The notes under the pieces are model-generated. The model was given only the letters and a program-made list of their open reading frames with translations. It was not told the DNA's origin and made no database searches. Source: an uncultured Gammaproteobacteria bacterium (lineage in GTDB: Bacteria > Patescibacteriota > Patescibacteriia > Patescibacteriales > GWE2-39-37). From it: a stretch of 64,000 nucleotides of DNA. A program made the position numbers and the translations under genes. The DNA is taken from the NCBI GenBank assembly GCA_964443495.1, contig CAYUCS010000001.1, forward strand, positions 2,615 to 66,614. The letters are read 5' to 3'. Positions 50,830 through 59,757 of the stretch are shown one piece after another (position 1 is the first letter of the stretch; every line of letters starts with the position of its first letter).

Positions 50830-53616
50830 ATGAATAAACCAAAGGGAACATTATTGATAATTGACGGCAACGCGCTGATCCATCGCAGTTTTCATGCTTT
50901 GCCGCCCACTCTGGTAACCAAGTCGGGCGAGATGGTTAATGCCGTTTACGGCTTCAGCGCTGCCTTGATCAAGGCGGTTAAGGAGTTCAAGCCGGATTAT
51001 GTCGCATTGACGATGGATAAAAAGGGGCCGACATTCCGACACGAGGAATATAAGGAATACAAGGCCACCCGAGTCAAGGCGCCCGACGAGCTTTATGCCC
51101 AATTCGACCGCGTCCGCGAAGTGGCGGCAGCTTTCGGCATCCCGCTGTACGAGCTGTCTGGTTTCGAGGCTGACGACCTGATCGGCACGATCTGCAAGCA
51201 GATTGACAGCGGGCTGAATAAGATAATCCTGACCGGCGATATGGACACTTTGCAGCTGGTAGATGACCACACCAAGGTTTACGCGATGAGCCGCGGCATC
51301 AGCGACGGGGTCTTGTATGACGAACCGGCGGTAATCGCTCGTTATGGCCTGAAACCGGGACAAGTTATCGATTACAAGGCTTTGCGCGGAGACCCATCGG
51401 ATAATATTCCCGGCGTCAAAGGCATAGGCGAGAAGACAGCTGTGGACTTGCTTAAAGAATTCGGTTCGTTGGAAAATATTTATAAGAATTTGGAATCGGA
51501 AAAGATCAAGGACCGTATTCGCGAGCTGCTCAGAAGCCAGCAAGCCGAGGCGGAGATGTCATATCGCTTGGCCACGATCCATCTTGGCGCTCCGATCGAA
51601 TTTGATGTGACCGGGGCAAAATTCGGCGATTTCGATCGCGCGAAGGTGGTCGAGCTGTTCAGCGAGTTAGCATTCAAGTCTTTGCTCGCCCGTGTGCAGG
51701 ACCTAGGCAAGAAGAATGGCAAAGGAGAGCAAGATGCCGTCATCGGGGTTGATAAATTCGAACGCAATAAGCAGCAATATAGTTACCGGTTAATTGACAA
51801 CGAGAAGGATTTTAAAGTTTTTTTCAAGGAATTAAAGGAGCAAAAAGCCTTTGTTTTTGACACCGAAACAAATTCCCTTGATACGCTCACTTGCGGACTT
51901 CTGGGAATAAGTTTTTCCTGGAAAAGCGAGGAGGCGTACTTCATTATGGTGGATACTTGTGAAAATAAGGCGAAAGATGGCAATGACTTGTTCAGCTATA
52001 ACAAGAAAACTGAAGGCAATTCCTGGCTCGAGCAGTTGCGCCCGGTGTTTGAGGATAAAAAGATTAAGAAATACGGGCACAATATCAAGTTTGATTTGGC
52101 GGTGCTGGCGTCACAAGGCATAAGGGTAAGGGGCGTGTCTTTTGATACGATGATCGCTTCATATTTATTGAATCCAGGAAGCCGTCAGCACAATTTGGAT
52201 GGACTGGCTTTTAGCGAATTGGGCTTTGAAAAAATAACCAAGGACGATCTGCTTGGGACGGGCAAAAACAAAGTCGCGTTCGAGCAAGTGCCGCTGGAAA
52301 AATTAGCCATTTATTCCTGTGAAGATGCTGATATCACCTGGCGTTTGGTCAATAAATTAAAATCAGAATTGGAAGAGCATAATTTGGAAAAGCTGTTTGA
52401 TACCATAGAGATGCCTTTAGTTGCTGTGCTTGCCAAGATGGAAGAGCTAGGGATCAGTTTGGATAATAATTATCTTGGCAAATTGGGCAAGAAATTGCAT
52501 TCTAAGATCACTGCTCTGGAAAAAGAAATTTTTGAGCAGGCCGGTCAAGAATTCAATATCAACTCTCCACAGCAGATGCGTGAAATTCTGTTTGAGAAAT
52601 TGGAACTCTCGACGGTTGGCGTCGGCAAGACTAAAACAGGCTTGTCGACTGCCGCCGATGAACTTGAAAAACTTAAAGACCAGCATCAGATCGTTAAGTC
52701 TATTTTGGAGTACCGTGAGTTAACCAAGCTGACCAGCACTTATGTGGATGCCTTGCCGAAGTTGATAAATGCTAAGACTAAGAGGATACACACCAGCTTT
52801 AACCAGACCGTGGCTGCGACAGGAAGACTGTCTTCATCCGAGCCTAATCTGCAAAACATTCCAGTTAAAGGAGAATGGGGACAGGCTGTGCGCAAGGCTT
52901 TTGTGGCGGCGCCAGGGTATAAGTTGGTCGGTCTTGATTACTCGCAAATCGAGCTACGCTTAGCCGCGCATTTTTCTGGTGACGAGCGGATGGTAAAGGC
53001 GTTTATTGAAAATGAGGATATTCACACAGCCACTGCCGCAGCAATCAATGAAGTGGAGCTGGGCCAAGTAACCAAACAGATGCGACGAGAGGCTAAGGCG
53101 ACGAATTTCGGCATCCTTTACGGCCAAGGCCCGCACGGCCTATCGCAAGCCGCCGATATTACTTTTTGGCAAGCCAAGGAGTTTATCGATCATTATTTCG
53201 AGGCTTATCCTGGAGTGAAAAAATGGATGGACCAGGCGATTGAAGAAGCTCGAAGAGCTGGCTTTTCCGAGACGCTGTTCGGGCGCAAGCGCAATCTGCC
53301 GGAAATCAATTCTTCAATCATGCAGGTACGCAAAGCAGCCGAGCGCATGGCCATCAACACACCGTTGCAAGGCACGGCGGCTGACATGATAAAGGTCGCG
53401 ATGATCCAGGTTCACGAATTGCTTCAAAAAAAATATCCGGCCGGCGAGGTCAGGTTGCTTCTGCAGGTGCATGACGAGCTTTTGTTCGAGATAAAAAGGG
53501 ATATGATCGACCAGTCGGTGCCGGAACTTAAAAAAATCATGGAAAATGTGCTACAATTAAAGGTACCGGTGATCGTCGAGTCAAAAATGGGCGAGAGCTG
53601 GGGGGATTTGGAGTAA
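50830..53616 (+). CDS. polA: DNA polymerase I (5'-3' exonuclease, 3'-5' exonuclease-like and polymerase domains)
   Basis: LLIIDGNALIHRSFHAL 5'-nuclease start. Pol A motifs DYSQIELR, RREAKATNFGILYG, QVHDELLFE. I prefer ATG 50830 over the upstream track start at 50776. Confidence 0.95.
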   Translation: MNKPKGTLLIIDGNALIHRSFHALPPTLVTKSGEMVNAVYGFSAALIKAVKEFKPDYVALTMDKKGPTFRHEEYKEYKATRVKAPDELYAQFDRVREVAAAFGIPLYELSGFEADDLIGTICKQIDSGLNKIILTGDMDTLQLVDDHTKVYAMSRGISDGVLYDEPAVIARYGLKPGQVIDYKALRGDPSDNIPGVKGIGEKTAVDLLKEFGSLENIYKNLESEKIKDRIRELLRSQQAEAEMSYRLATIHLGAPIEFDVTGAKFGDFDRAKVVELFSELAFKSLLARVQDLGKKNGKGEQDAVIGVDKFERNKQQYSYRLIDNEKDFKVFFKELKEQKAFVFDTETNSLDTLTCGLLGISFSWKSEEAYFIMVDTCENKAKDGNDLFSYNKKTEGNSWLEQLRPVFEDKKIKKYGHNIKFDLAVLASQGIRVRGVSFDTMIASYLLNPGSRQHNLDGLAFSELGFEKITKDDLLGTGKNKVAFEQVPLEKLAIYSCEDADITWRLVNKLKSELEEHNLEKLFDTIEMPLVAVLAKMEELGISLDNNYLGKLGKKLHSKITALEKEIFEQAGQEFNINSPQQMREILFEKLELSTVGVGKTKTGLSTAADELEKLKDQHQIVKSILEYRELTKLTSTYVDALPKLINAKTKRIHTSFNQTVAATGRLSSSEPNLQNIPVKGEWGQAVRKAFVAAPGYKLVGLDYSQIELRLAAHFSGDERMVKAFIENEDIHTATAAAINEVELGQVTKQMRREAKATNFGILYGQGPHGLSQAADITFWQAKEFIDHYFEAYPGVKKWMDQAIEEARRAGFSETLFGRKRNLPEINSSIMQVRKAAERMAINTPLQGTAADMIKVAMIQVHELLQKKYPAGEVRLLLQVHDELLFEIKRDMIDQSVPELKKIMENVLQLKVPVIVESKMGESWGDLE

Positions 53617-53640
53617 TAATTAAAAATATCACATAAAAAA

Positions 53641-53997
53641 ATGGATAACGTTTACTCATTCATCAATGAAGCGGTCAAGGTAAAAGTCCACCGTCCATTG
53701 GGCGCAGAACACCCGAAATACGGTTTCATTTATCCGGTCAACTACGGTTTCTTGCCGGGCACGGTCGGGGGCGACGAAAAAGAAATTAACGCTTATATTT
53801 TGGGCGTAGCTGAGCCAGTGACCGAATTCACTGGAAAATGCGTCGCCGTTATCCATCGCACTGACGATCCTGACGACAAGTTGGTGGTCATTCCGGAGGA
53901 GATGGGGAATATCAGTGATACTGATATCCGAGAGCTGACCGATTTCCAGGAAAGCCATTATAGCTCGGTAATTATCAGGGACCCGAAAGCGGAGTAA
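53641..53997 (+). CDS. Short inorganic-pyrophosphatase-like protein (118 aa)
   Basis: YPVNYGFLPGTVGGDEKEINAYILG and VIHRTDDPDDKLVVIP align with the family I PPase core blocks (YPxNYGFIPxTxxxDGDPxDxxVL; MxDxGExDxKxxAV). The N-terminal third of canonical PPases is missing. Confidence 0.5.
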   Translation: MDNVYSFINEAVKVKVHRPLGAEHPKYGFIYPVNYGFLPGTVGGDEKEINAYILGVAEPVTEFTGKCVAVIHRTDDPDDKLVVIPEEMGNISDTDIRELTDFQESHYSSVIIRDPKAE

Positions 53998-54037
53998 AGG
54001 ACCAGTTTTCAATTTCTAAAATTGAAAATAATTATAG

Positions 54038-55387
54038 ATGAAAAATTTGCAGGAAAAATTAGGCGGGAAGAGGGTGGCGTTACTGGGCCTCGGAGTGGAA
54101 AATTTGGCTTTGGCCAAATTTTTGTTATCCCACGAAATCGACTGCCAGATCACTATCTGTGACATGCGCTCGAAAGAGCAGCTGGCCGATCGGTTCGACG
54201 AATTTGCCAAGCACCGGAATATCAGCTGGAAGCTTGAAGCGGACTTCAATCGCGGTCTCGAGCCGTTTGATTTTTTATTCCGCTCTCCGGGTTGGACGCT
54301 GGCTTGTCCCGGCATCAGGTCGGCCTTGAAAAAGAATAAGAAAATCGTGCTGACAAGCGCGATGGAGCAGTTCCTGGAAATTTGTCCGACCAGAAACGTG
54401 ATCGGGGTAACCGGAACCAAAGGCAAGGGTACGACTTCGTCTTTGATCGCGGCGATATTTAGGAAGGCGGGCAAGACGGTCTGGCTCGGCGGCAACATCG
54501 GCGTAGCGCCGTTCGCATTCATCGACAAGATCAAGGCCGAAGATTGGGTCGTACTGGAACTTTCAAGCTTCCAGCTGCAGGATATGAAATATAGTCCGCA
54601 CATCGCGGTCATGACTAATTTTTCACGCGAACATCTGGCGCCGGCAGATCCGAATAATCCGAATTTCCACAAGAGCCTTAAGGAATATTGGCAGGCCAAA
54701 TGGTGCATTGCCAGCAATCAGCAAGCTTCGGATTATCTGGTTGCCAACGGCAAGCTGGCTAAGCGCATCAACAAGGAGCTGCCTCGAAGCCAGACGATTT
54801 ATTTTTCACGCTTGGCTTGGCCCAGCCAGCTGATCGGCAGGCACAACCAGGAAAACGTCGCCGCCGCCGCTTTGGCGGCCGATATCGTCGGCATAGATAT
54901 CGCCACGGCGCAGGCGGCAGTCAAGGAATTCGCCGGACTGGAACACCGCCTCGAACTCGCCCGCACCGTCAACGGGGTCGATTATTACGATGACTCTTTC
55001 GCAACGACGCCGGAAGCGACGATGATCGCCCTCAAGTCATTCCGCAAGCCGGTCATCTTGCTGGCGGGAGGCGCCGATAAAGGCGCTGATTTCAAGGCTT
55101 TGGCCAAGCTTATCGCTAAACGCAAAGTGAAGTCTGTCATATTGTTTGATGGTGCGGCAACGCCCAGGCTTAAGGCCGACCTATTGGAGTCCGGCTTTGC
55201 GGAAGGCAAAATTTTGGCCGCGAACAGTATGGCAAGCGCTGTAAGCCAGGCCGTTGAGCTGGCAAAGGCAGGCGACGCGGTAGTAATGTCCACTGCCTGC
55301 GCCAGTTTCGGCCTATTTAAGAATTACAAGGAGCGGGGCAATCTTTTTAAAGAAGAGGTGTCTAGAATTCAAGGAGAGCGGCATTAA
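54038..55387 (+). CDS. murD: UDP-N-acetylmuramoylalanine--D-glutamate ligase
   Basis: Mur ligase P-loop GVTGTKGKGTTSSL. MurD-type N-terminal Rossmann GLGVENLALAKFL. C-terminal LEHRLE block. Confidence 0.9.
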   Translation: MKNLQEKLGGKRVALLGLGVENLALAKFLLSHEIDCQITICDMRSKEQLADRFDEFAKHRNISWKLEADFNRGLEPFDFLFRSPGWTLACPGIRSALKKNKKIVLTSAMEQFLEICPTRNVIGVTGTKGKGTTSSLIAAIFRKAGKTVWLGGNIGVAPFAFIDKIKAEDWVVLELSSFQLQDMKYSPHIAVMTNFSREHLAPADPNNPNFHKSLKEYWQAKWCIASNQQASDYLVANGKLAKRINKELPRSQTIYFSRLAWPSQLIGRHNQENVAAAALAADIVGIDIATAQAAVKEFAGLEHRLELARTVNGVDYYDDSFATTPEATMIALKSFRKPVILLAGGADKGADFKALAKLIAKRKVKSVILFDGAATPRLKADLLESGFAEGKILAANSMASAVSQAVELAKAGDAVVMSTACASFGLFKNYKERGNLFKEEVSRIQGERH

Positions 55388-55471
55388 TATAAAAAAACCA
55401 ACTTAAGATTTTAATCTCAGTTGGTTTTGTTTTTGGTCAAGGAGTTTTCAGTCAGCCGTATCGGTAAAATC

Positions 55472-55624
55472 TTATTCTTCCGGGATGATTTCCAGCTTGA
55501 GCGGGTGGAGGGTGAGCACCTCCATGTCGGTCTGGCAATTGTTGCAGGTAACGAGATCGCCCACAACCACCTCATTGTCAACAATCAGTTCGCTGTGGCA
55601 CTTAAGGCAGAGCGCTTTTTGCAT
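55472..55624 (-). CDS. LysW/ArgW-like zinc-ribbon amino-group carrier protein homologue (50 aa), absent from the ORF track
   Basis: Hand translation: MQKALCLKCHSELIVDNEVVVGDLVTCNNCQTDMEVLTLHPLKLEIIPEE. It is collinear with the Thermus LysW pattern CPxCGAELxLENxxxGELVxCxxCGAELEVxxLDPLRLE and ends in Glu. The plus-strand track ORF 55421-55678 is its antisense. Confidence 0.5.
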   Translation of the reverse strand: MQKALCLKCHSELIVDNEVVVGDLVTCNNCQTDMEVLTLHPLKLEIIPEE

Positions 55625-55693
55625 AAAAGGCTAGAATGTGTTAATTTACTTATAATTATTTTAATTTTAGCAAAATAGTAAGTTTTTTGGAAG

Positions 55694-56695
55694 ATGGTAA
55701 TTTTTTTATACGGACAAGACACTTTTAGGAGCAGGCGCAAGCTCAATGAGTTCATTGAGCGGTTCTTGAAAGAGGTGGATCCTTCCGGGCACAGCTTGAC
55801 CGTGCTCTCTTCTGCCGAAGCCAATGTCAGCGCTATCGGGCAGGCGGCAGGCAGCGGCTCTTTGCTGTCCCGTAAGCGGATGCTGGTCGTTGAGCAGATT
55901 TTCAGCCGCAAAGACGTCCAGTCTTTGGCGGAACTGCATAAGTATTTGCAAGCCGAGCCAGCGGGCTTGGCTGATAATATCGTTATTTTCTGGGATGATG
56001 TCTCCAGCGAGGAAAAGGGAATGACCAAGGAGCGAGGGCAGCTTTTCCGCTGGCTTGCGAGCCAGAAATACGCCCAGGAATTCAAGCCGCTGTCCAACAC
56101 TGAGCTCGCCAGCTGGGTCCGTGAAGAGGTGATGCGTCGCTCAGGCGAGATCAGCCGCGAGGCAGCAACACACCTCGTGGCTTTGACCGGAGGAGATTTG
56201 TGGCAGATCGATCAAGAGCTGAACAAGCTGGTGCATTATAAGGCCGGCCAGAAGCTGGGCCTAGGCGCGGCTGTCGTGCCGGACAAGATCGAATTAAGCG
56301 ATGTCCGGGAGCTGGTGGTCGGCGTTTTTGACGAACAGGTCTTCGCCTTGACCGATGCTTTGAGCATGCGCAATCGCGCCTTGGCGGCCAAGCTGCTTGA
56401 GGAGCAGCTGCGTGGCGGAGAAAGCGAGGAGTATCTTTTGCATATGATTACGCGCCAATTCAAGATTCTGGTCCAGGTGCGTCAGGCGCTGGACAGCGGC
56501 TTGGTCGGCAAGAAAATAGCCTCCGAATTGAAATTGCATCCCTTCGTGGCCCAGAAGAGCGTGGGGCAGGTAAGGAATTTCAGCCTGGACCAGCTGAAAA
56601 AAATACTGTTGCAGCTTATCGATATAGATTATCTGGTCAAGACGGGCCGCGGCCGACCCAAGGTCGAGCTGGATAGGATTATCGCCCAACTTTAA
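55694..56695 (+). CDS. holA: DNA polymerase III delta subunit
   Basis: N-terminal IFLYGQDTFRSRRKLNEFIERF and the DLWQIDQELNKL helical-domain pattern are typical of HolA. 333 aa. Confidence 0.7.
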   Translation: MVIFLYGQDTFRSRRKLNEFIERFLKEVDPSGHSLTVLSSAEANVSAIGQAAGSGSLLSRKRMLVVEQIFSRKDVQSLAELHKYLQAEPAGLADNIVIFWDDVSSEEKGMTKERGQLFRWLASQKYAQEFKPLSNTELASWVREEVMRRSGEISREAATHLVALTGGDLWQIDQELNKLVHYKAGQKLGLGAAVVPDKIELSDVRELVVGVFDEQVFALTDALSMRNRALAAKLLEEQLRGGESEEYLLHMITRQFKILVQVRQALDSGLVGKKIASELKLHPFVAQKSVGQVRNFSLDQLKKILLQLIDIDYLVKTGRGRPKVELDRIIAQL

Positions 56696-56740
56696 GCACA
56701 TAAAAAAAGAAGCGCTTTGAGCGCTTCTTTTTTTATGTGC
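56696..56740. terminator. 45-bp palindromic bidirectional terminator
   Basis: gcacataaaaaaaGAAGCGCtttgaGCGCTTCtttttttatgtgc lies between convergent holA and rpsT. Confidence 0.85.
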
Positions 56741-57009
56741 TATTTAGCAGCTGTGATCGTGTTCAATTTTTTGGCCAGTCTGGATTTGCGGCGGTTGCGG
56801 GTATTCTTCTTGATGATGCCCTTCTGGGCGGCCTTGTCCAAGGCCTTGAGGGCTTTGGCGACAGCAACCTTGGCATTTTCATCCTTGGCAGCGATGGCTT
56901 TAATGCTCTTCTTTACCAAGCTTTTAGTGGTGTCCTTCACCTTCTTGTTGAATTCGGTGCGGACTTCTCGCTTGCGCAATTCCTTTTTGGCTGACTTCCG
57001 ATTTGGCAT
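56740..57009 (-). CDS. rpsT: 30S ribosomal protein S20
   Basis: MPNRKSAKKELRKREVRTEFNKKVK start, and a basic helical 89-aa protein typical of bS20. Confidence 0.9.
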   Translation of the reverse strand: MPNRKSAKKELRKREVRTEFNKKVKDTTKSLVKKSIKAIAAKDENAKVAVAKALKALDKAAQKGIIKKNTRNRRKSRLAKKLNTITAAK

Positions 57010-57073
57010 ATTCCGTTTGTTCTCTTAATGATTTTTTATTTAGAGTGTGAGAGATAAAATGACAATACCACGA

Positions 57074-57919
57074 TTAGTCTGGTTGGTCAAGGGGTGCGAC
57101 GGGTTTTTTAAGGTAATTTTTGGCCAATATTATTAAGGCGGCCAAAAGGACGATCAGGCTTACGGCTTGAGGCCAGCGCCAGCCGAAGGCGGTCGGGGCG
57201 AAGTCAATGCGGATAAATTCCAAAGAAAAGCGTAAAAAGGAATAAAGCGATAGGTATGCGAGGACAAGAAACTGGGGCGTCGGGGTGCGTAATATCGCAG
57301 CTTTTTGGTTTTTGATGGCGCGCAAGGACAGATAGAGCAGTAATCCGAATATGGCCAGGCTGCCCAAGGATTCGTATAGAAAAGTCGGGTGGAAGTATTC
57401 GGCATTCAAAAATTGGGCAGGGCGGTTGAAGATGTCGATCGGGATGCCCCAAGGGAGGTCGGTCGGTTTGCCGAAAAGCTCCTGATTGAAGTAGTTGCCC
57501 CAACGGCCGATGGCTTGGCCCAGGGCCAGTCCAGGCACGATCAGGCCGGCAAACTGCCAGAAGGAAAGCTTGTTCTTGCGGCAGAACCAGAAAATCGTAG
57601 CCGCGCCGGCGATGATGGCGCCATGGATGGCAAGGCCTCCTTGCCAGATTTTCAAAGCATCGAGCGGATGACTTGCGTAGTATTTATACTCGAGCAGCAC
57701 ATCATAAACCCTGGCGCCGACAATGCTGTTGATAATCAGCCAAAAAGAAAGGTCGTCGACGATTTCCTGGCTTATTTGCTGGAGTTTGGCCAGGTATTTG
57801 GTGACCGCCAGGGCCGCGATAATGCCCAGAACCAGGCACAGGCCGTACCAATAGACCTTGATGGGGCCTAGGCTGAAAAGGATTTGTTCTGGGTTGGAAG
57901 CGTGTAAGAAATTGAACAT
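57074..57919 (-). CDS. lgt: Prolipoprotein diacylglyceryl transferase
   Basis: YWYGLCLVLGI, HGAIIAGA, GQAIGRWGNYFNQELFGKPTDLPWGI and HPTFLYESL Lgt signature blocks. Confidence 0.9.
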   Translation of the reverse strand: MFNFLHASNPEQILFSLGPIKVYWYGLCLVLGIIAALAVTKYLAKLQQISQEIVDDLSFWLIINSIVGARVYDVLLEYKYYASHPLDALKIWQGGLAIHGAIIAGAATIFWFCRKNKLSFWQFAGLIVPGLALGQAIGRWGNYFNQELFGKPTDLPWGIPIDIFNRPAQFLNAEYFHPTFLYESLGSLAIFGLLLYLSLRAIKNQKAAILRTPTPQFLVLAYLSLYSFLRFSLEFIRIDFAPTAFGWRWPQAVSLIVLLAALIILAKNYLKKPVAPLDQPD

Positions 57920-57981
57920 ATTATCATTTTCCCGAGTTTGTGAAGATTAGTCAATGACTTTGGCGGTAAATAAGCATTGTG

Positions 57982-58057
57982 AGTCCGACTTTCGGCATCA
58001 TTTTTACTGCTTAGACGAGTACGTATGTTCCATAAAAATGATGCCGAAAGTCGGACT
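57982..58057. repeat. Perfect 24-bp inverted repeat separated by a 28-nt spacer
   Basis: agtccgactttcggcatcattttt (57982-58005) is the exact reverse complement of aaaaatgatgccgaaagtcggact (58034-58057). Located between the lgt start and the terminator of the upstream lipoprotein gene. Confidence 0.9.
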
Positions 58058-58134
58058 GGGCTCGTTTAATGCTTTGTAAAAAAATGCCCCGGGATTGATG
58101 CCGGGGCGAATGAAGGGGGGGGGTGCTGCTTGGT

Positions 58135-58554
58135 TCAACGGATGCGTTGGGGTAGTTTGGGCGGGTTGGGATCCCAGGTAATGCCCCATTGCTTTCCTTC
58201 CAGATGGGTCAAGTCGTTAAAGAATATGGCAAGTTTTTTGCCATTGCCGTACTCGATGATCAAGTCATCCGGGTAGTTTTTCTTATACTCCTTGAAGGAA
58301 TAGCTTGCGGGGCGCTGCCCTCTGAGAAGGTATTTGTAGGTACGTTGGGCGTACCCCCGGTTCTCTTTGAGAACCGCTTCAACCCCCCAGATTAGCTGGT
58401 AGTCGTAGCCGTTGCCGTCCCGGTATTCGGGGTCGACAAGGTCAGCAGGCGTCCGTGCGAAGTTTCCCATCAACATGGAAGGTGTTTCTTTGCAGGAAAC
58501 GGCACACACGGCGATAAACAACAAAAACAGTGCTGTAGTCCAAAACTTGTTCAT
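58135..58554 (-). CDS. Hypothetical lipoprotein (139 aa)
   Basis: Signal peptide with lipobox FIAVCAVS-C. Terminator GCCCCGG/CCGGGGC plus a T-run lies downstream on the minus strand. Confidence 0.6.
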   Translation of the reverse strand: MNKFWTTALFLLFIAVCAVSCKETPSMLMGNFARTPADLVDPEYRDGNGYDYQLIWGVEAVLKENRGYAQRTYKYLLRGQRPASYSFKEYKKNYPDDLIIEYGNGKKLAIFFNDLTHLEGKQWGITWDPNPPKLPQRIR

Positions 58555-58688
58555 GACAATCTCCTCGCGTCGTATTTTTCCTTCTAGTGAAGGGTTGTTT
58601 ATGAAAAAGGGCTAATGGTAAATATTACCATAGCACATTTTTAGGTAATTGTCAATGATTATGACTATTTTGGGGCTATAGTTAGAGA

Positions 58689-59666
58689 CTATTGGAAATT
58701 TTCATCGTGGATAATGACTACCTCAACCTTAACCCTGTCTGAACCAGCTTCTGGGGTCAGGTCGATTTTGGCAATCAGACCTTCGTTTTTGAAATCATCT
58801 CCAAGCTCTTTGGAGAGCCGTGCCAGCCGGGTTTCGTCGTTTTCCTTGATTGAGCGTTCGATGCCGACATGGTCGGCGCCCATGCTCAGAGCGAGGCTCG
58901 GTTTGCGGCCCAGTTCGGCTTGCAGGTATTTGGCCACTTTTTCGCTTTTCTGCGCCCAGAGGTCGTTGCGCGTGTGGATCGTCTTGCTGCGATCGAGATT
59001 GGTCCGGTAAGTCGCGTCTTCAAAAACTTTTTGCGCCTTGCGGGATACTGATGATTCATCAGGTTCAAGACCGGTGCCTTTGGTAGAGATGTAGCCGGTC
59101 ATCCGCCCGATCAAGGGCGAGGTCAGCGCCAGCCCTGTGGCTGATTTGCCCAAGAATTTCAGGAAGTTGCGGCGGCTCATTTTGGGGTTGTCTGTAATCA
59201 TGCGTTTCAAGTCAACCGCGGCCCACATGATCGCGCCTAAGCCGAGCGAACCTTCGATGGCCACCTTGAGTTCGTTCTTGGACATCTCGTCCTGGTCTTC
59301 GCCGTTCTTGGTCTCCAGCATGTTTTGGCTTTTGGCCGTGGCGCGCGACAGATCTAAGAGAAAAATCGGCTTTCCTTGTTCGGCGGCGGCTCTTACCGCT
59401 TCGTGGTAAGGACTAGTCTTGTCAAATAATGCATGCTCGACGGATTTTTTGGTTTTTTTGTCATCCCGGAAGTCCGTGATCGATTCCAGGATTAGCGCGT
59501 CGGATCGGTTGACTATTTCCGGGCTGGTTTGGACATCATGTCTGGTGTAGTAGAGCAAGTAGTCCGCATTTTCGGTCGATAGCTTAGCCGTGTTCTTGAG
59601 CTCGTAATTGTTTGAGGCTTCCGGTGTCTGCGGCTTGGCGTTCAAAGATAGCTTTTCGAAGTTCAT
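58689..59666 (-). CDS. Hypothetical protein (325 aa) with an internal Tat-like motif/TM segment; weak TraB/TIKI-like resemblance
   Basis: Internal MSRRNFLKFLGKSATGLALTSPLIG at residues 163-187. The C-terminal LSMGADHVGIERSI resembles the GAGH block of TraB/GumN-type proteins. No firm family assignment. Confidence 0.5.
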   Translation of the reverse strand: MNFEKLSLNAKPQTPEASNNYELKNTAKLSTENADYLLYYTRHDVQTSPEIVNRSDALILESITDFRDDKKTKKSVEHALFDKTSPYHEAVRAAAEQGKPIFLLDLSRATAKSQNMLETKNGEDQDEMSKNELKVAIEGSLGLGAIMWAAVDLKRMITDNPKMSRRNFLKFLGKSATGLALTSPLIGRMTGYISTKGTGLEPDESSVSRKAQKVFEDATYRTNLDRSKTIHTRNDLWAQKSEKVAKYLQAELGRKPSLALSMGADHVGIERSIKENDETRLARLSKELGDDFKNEGLIAKIDLTPEAGSDRVKVEVVIIHDENFQ

Positions 59667-59757
59667 AGTAGCTGCTTATTTGCTTAATTTACTTCAGTAT
59701 ATCAGGCTAAGCCGTCGTCGTAAAATAAAAAAACCGCCGTTGGGTCGGCGGTTTGAT

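Noticed and set aside
55421-55678. 85-aa plus-strand ORF from the track
   Set aside because: It begins inside the murD terminator hairpin and is antisense to the LysW-like zinc-ribbon ORF, which has a recognisable family pattern.
58115-58123. G9 homopolymer just downstream of the lipoprotein gene; possible phase-variation tract
   Set aside because: It lies 12 nt outside the coding region, between the stop codon and the terminator. Length changes would therefore not shift a reading frame, and I see no promoter spacing that it could modulate.
58004-58189. 61-aa minus-strand ORF spanning the 24-bp inverted repeat and the lipoprotein-gene terminator
   Set aside because: It crosses two hairpin elements and the G9 tract, has a Pro/Gly-rich low-information translation, and has no SD.
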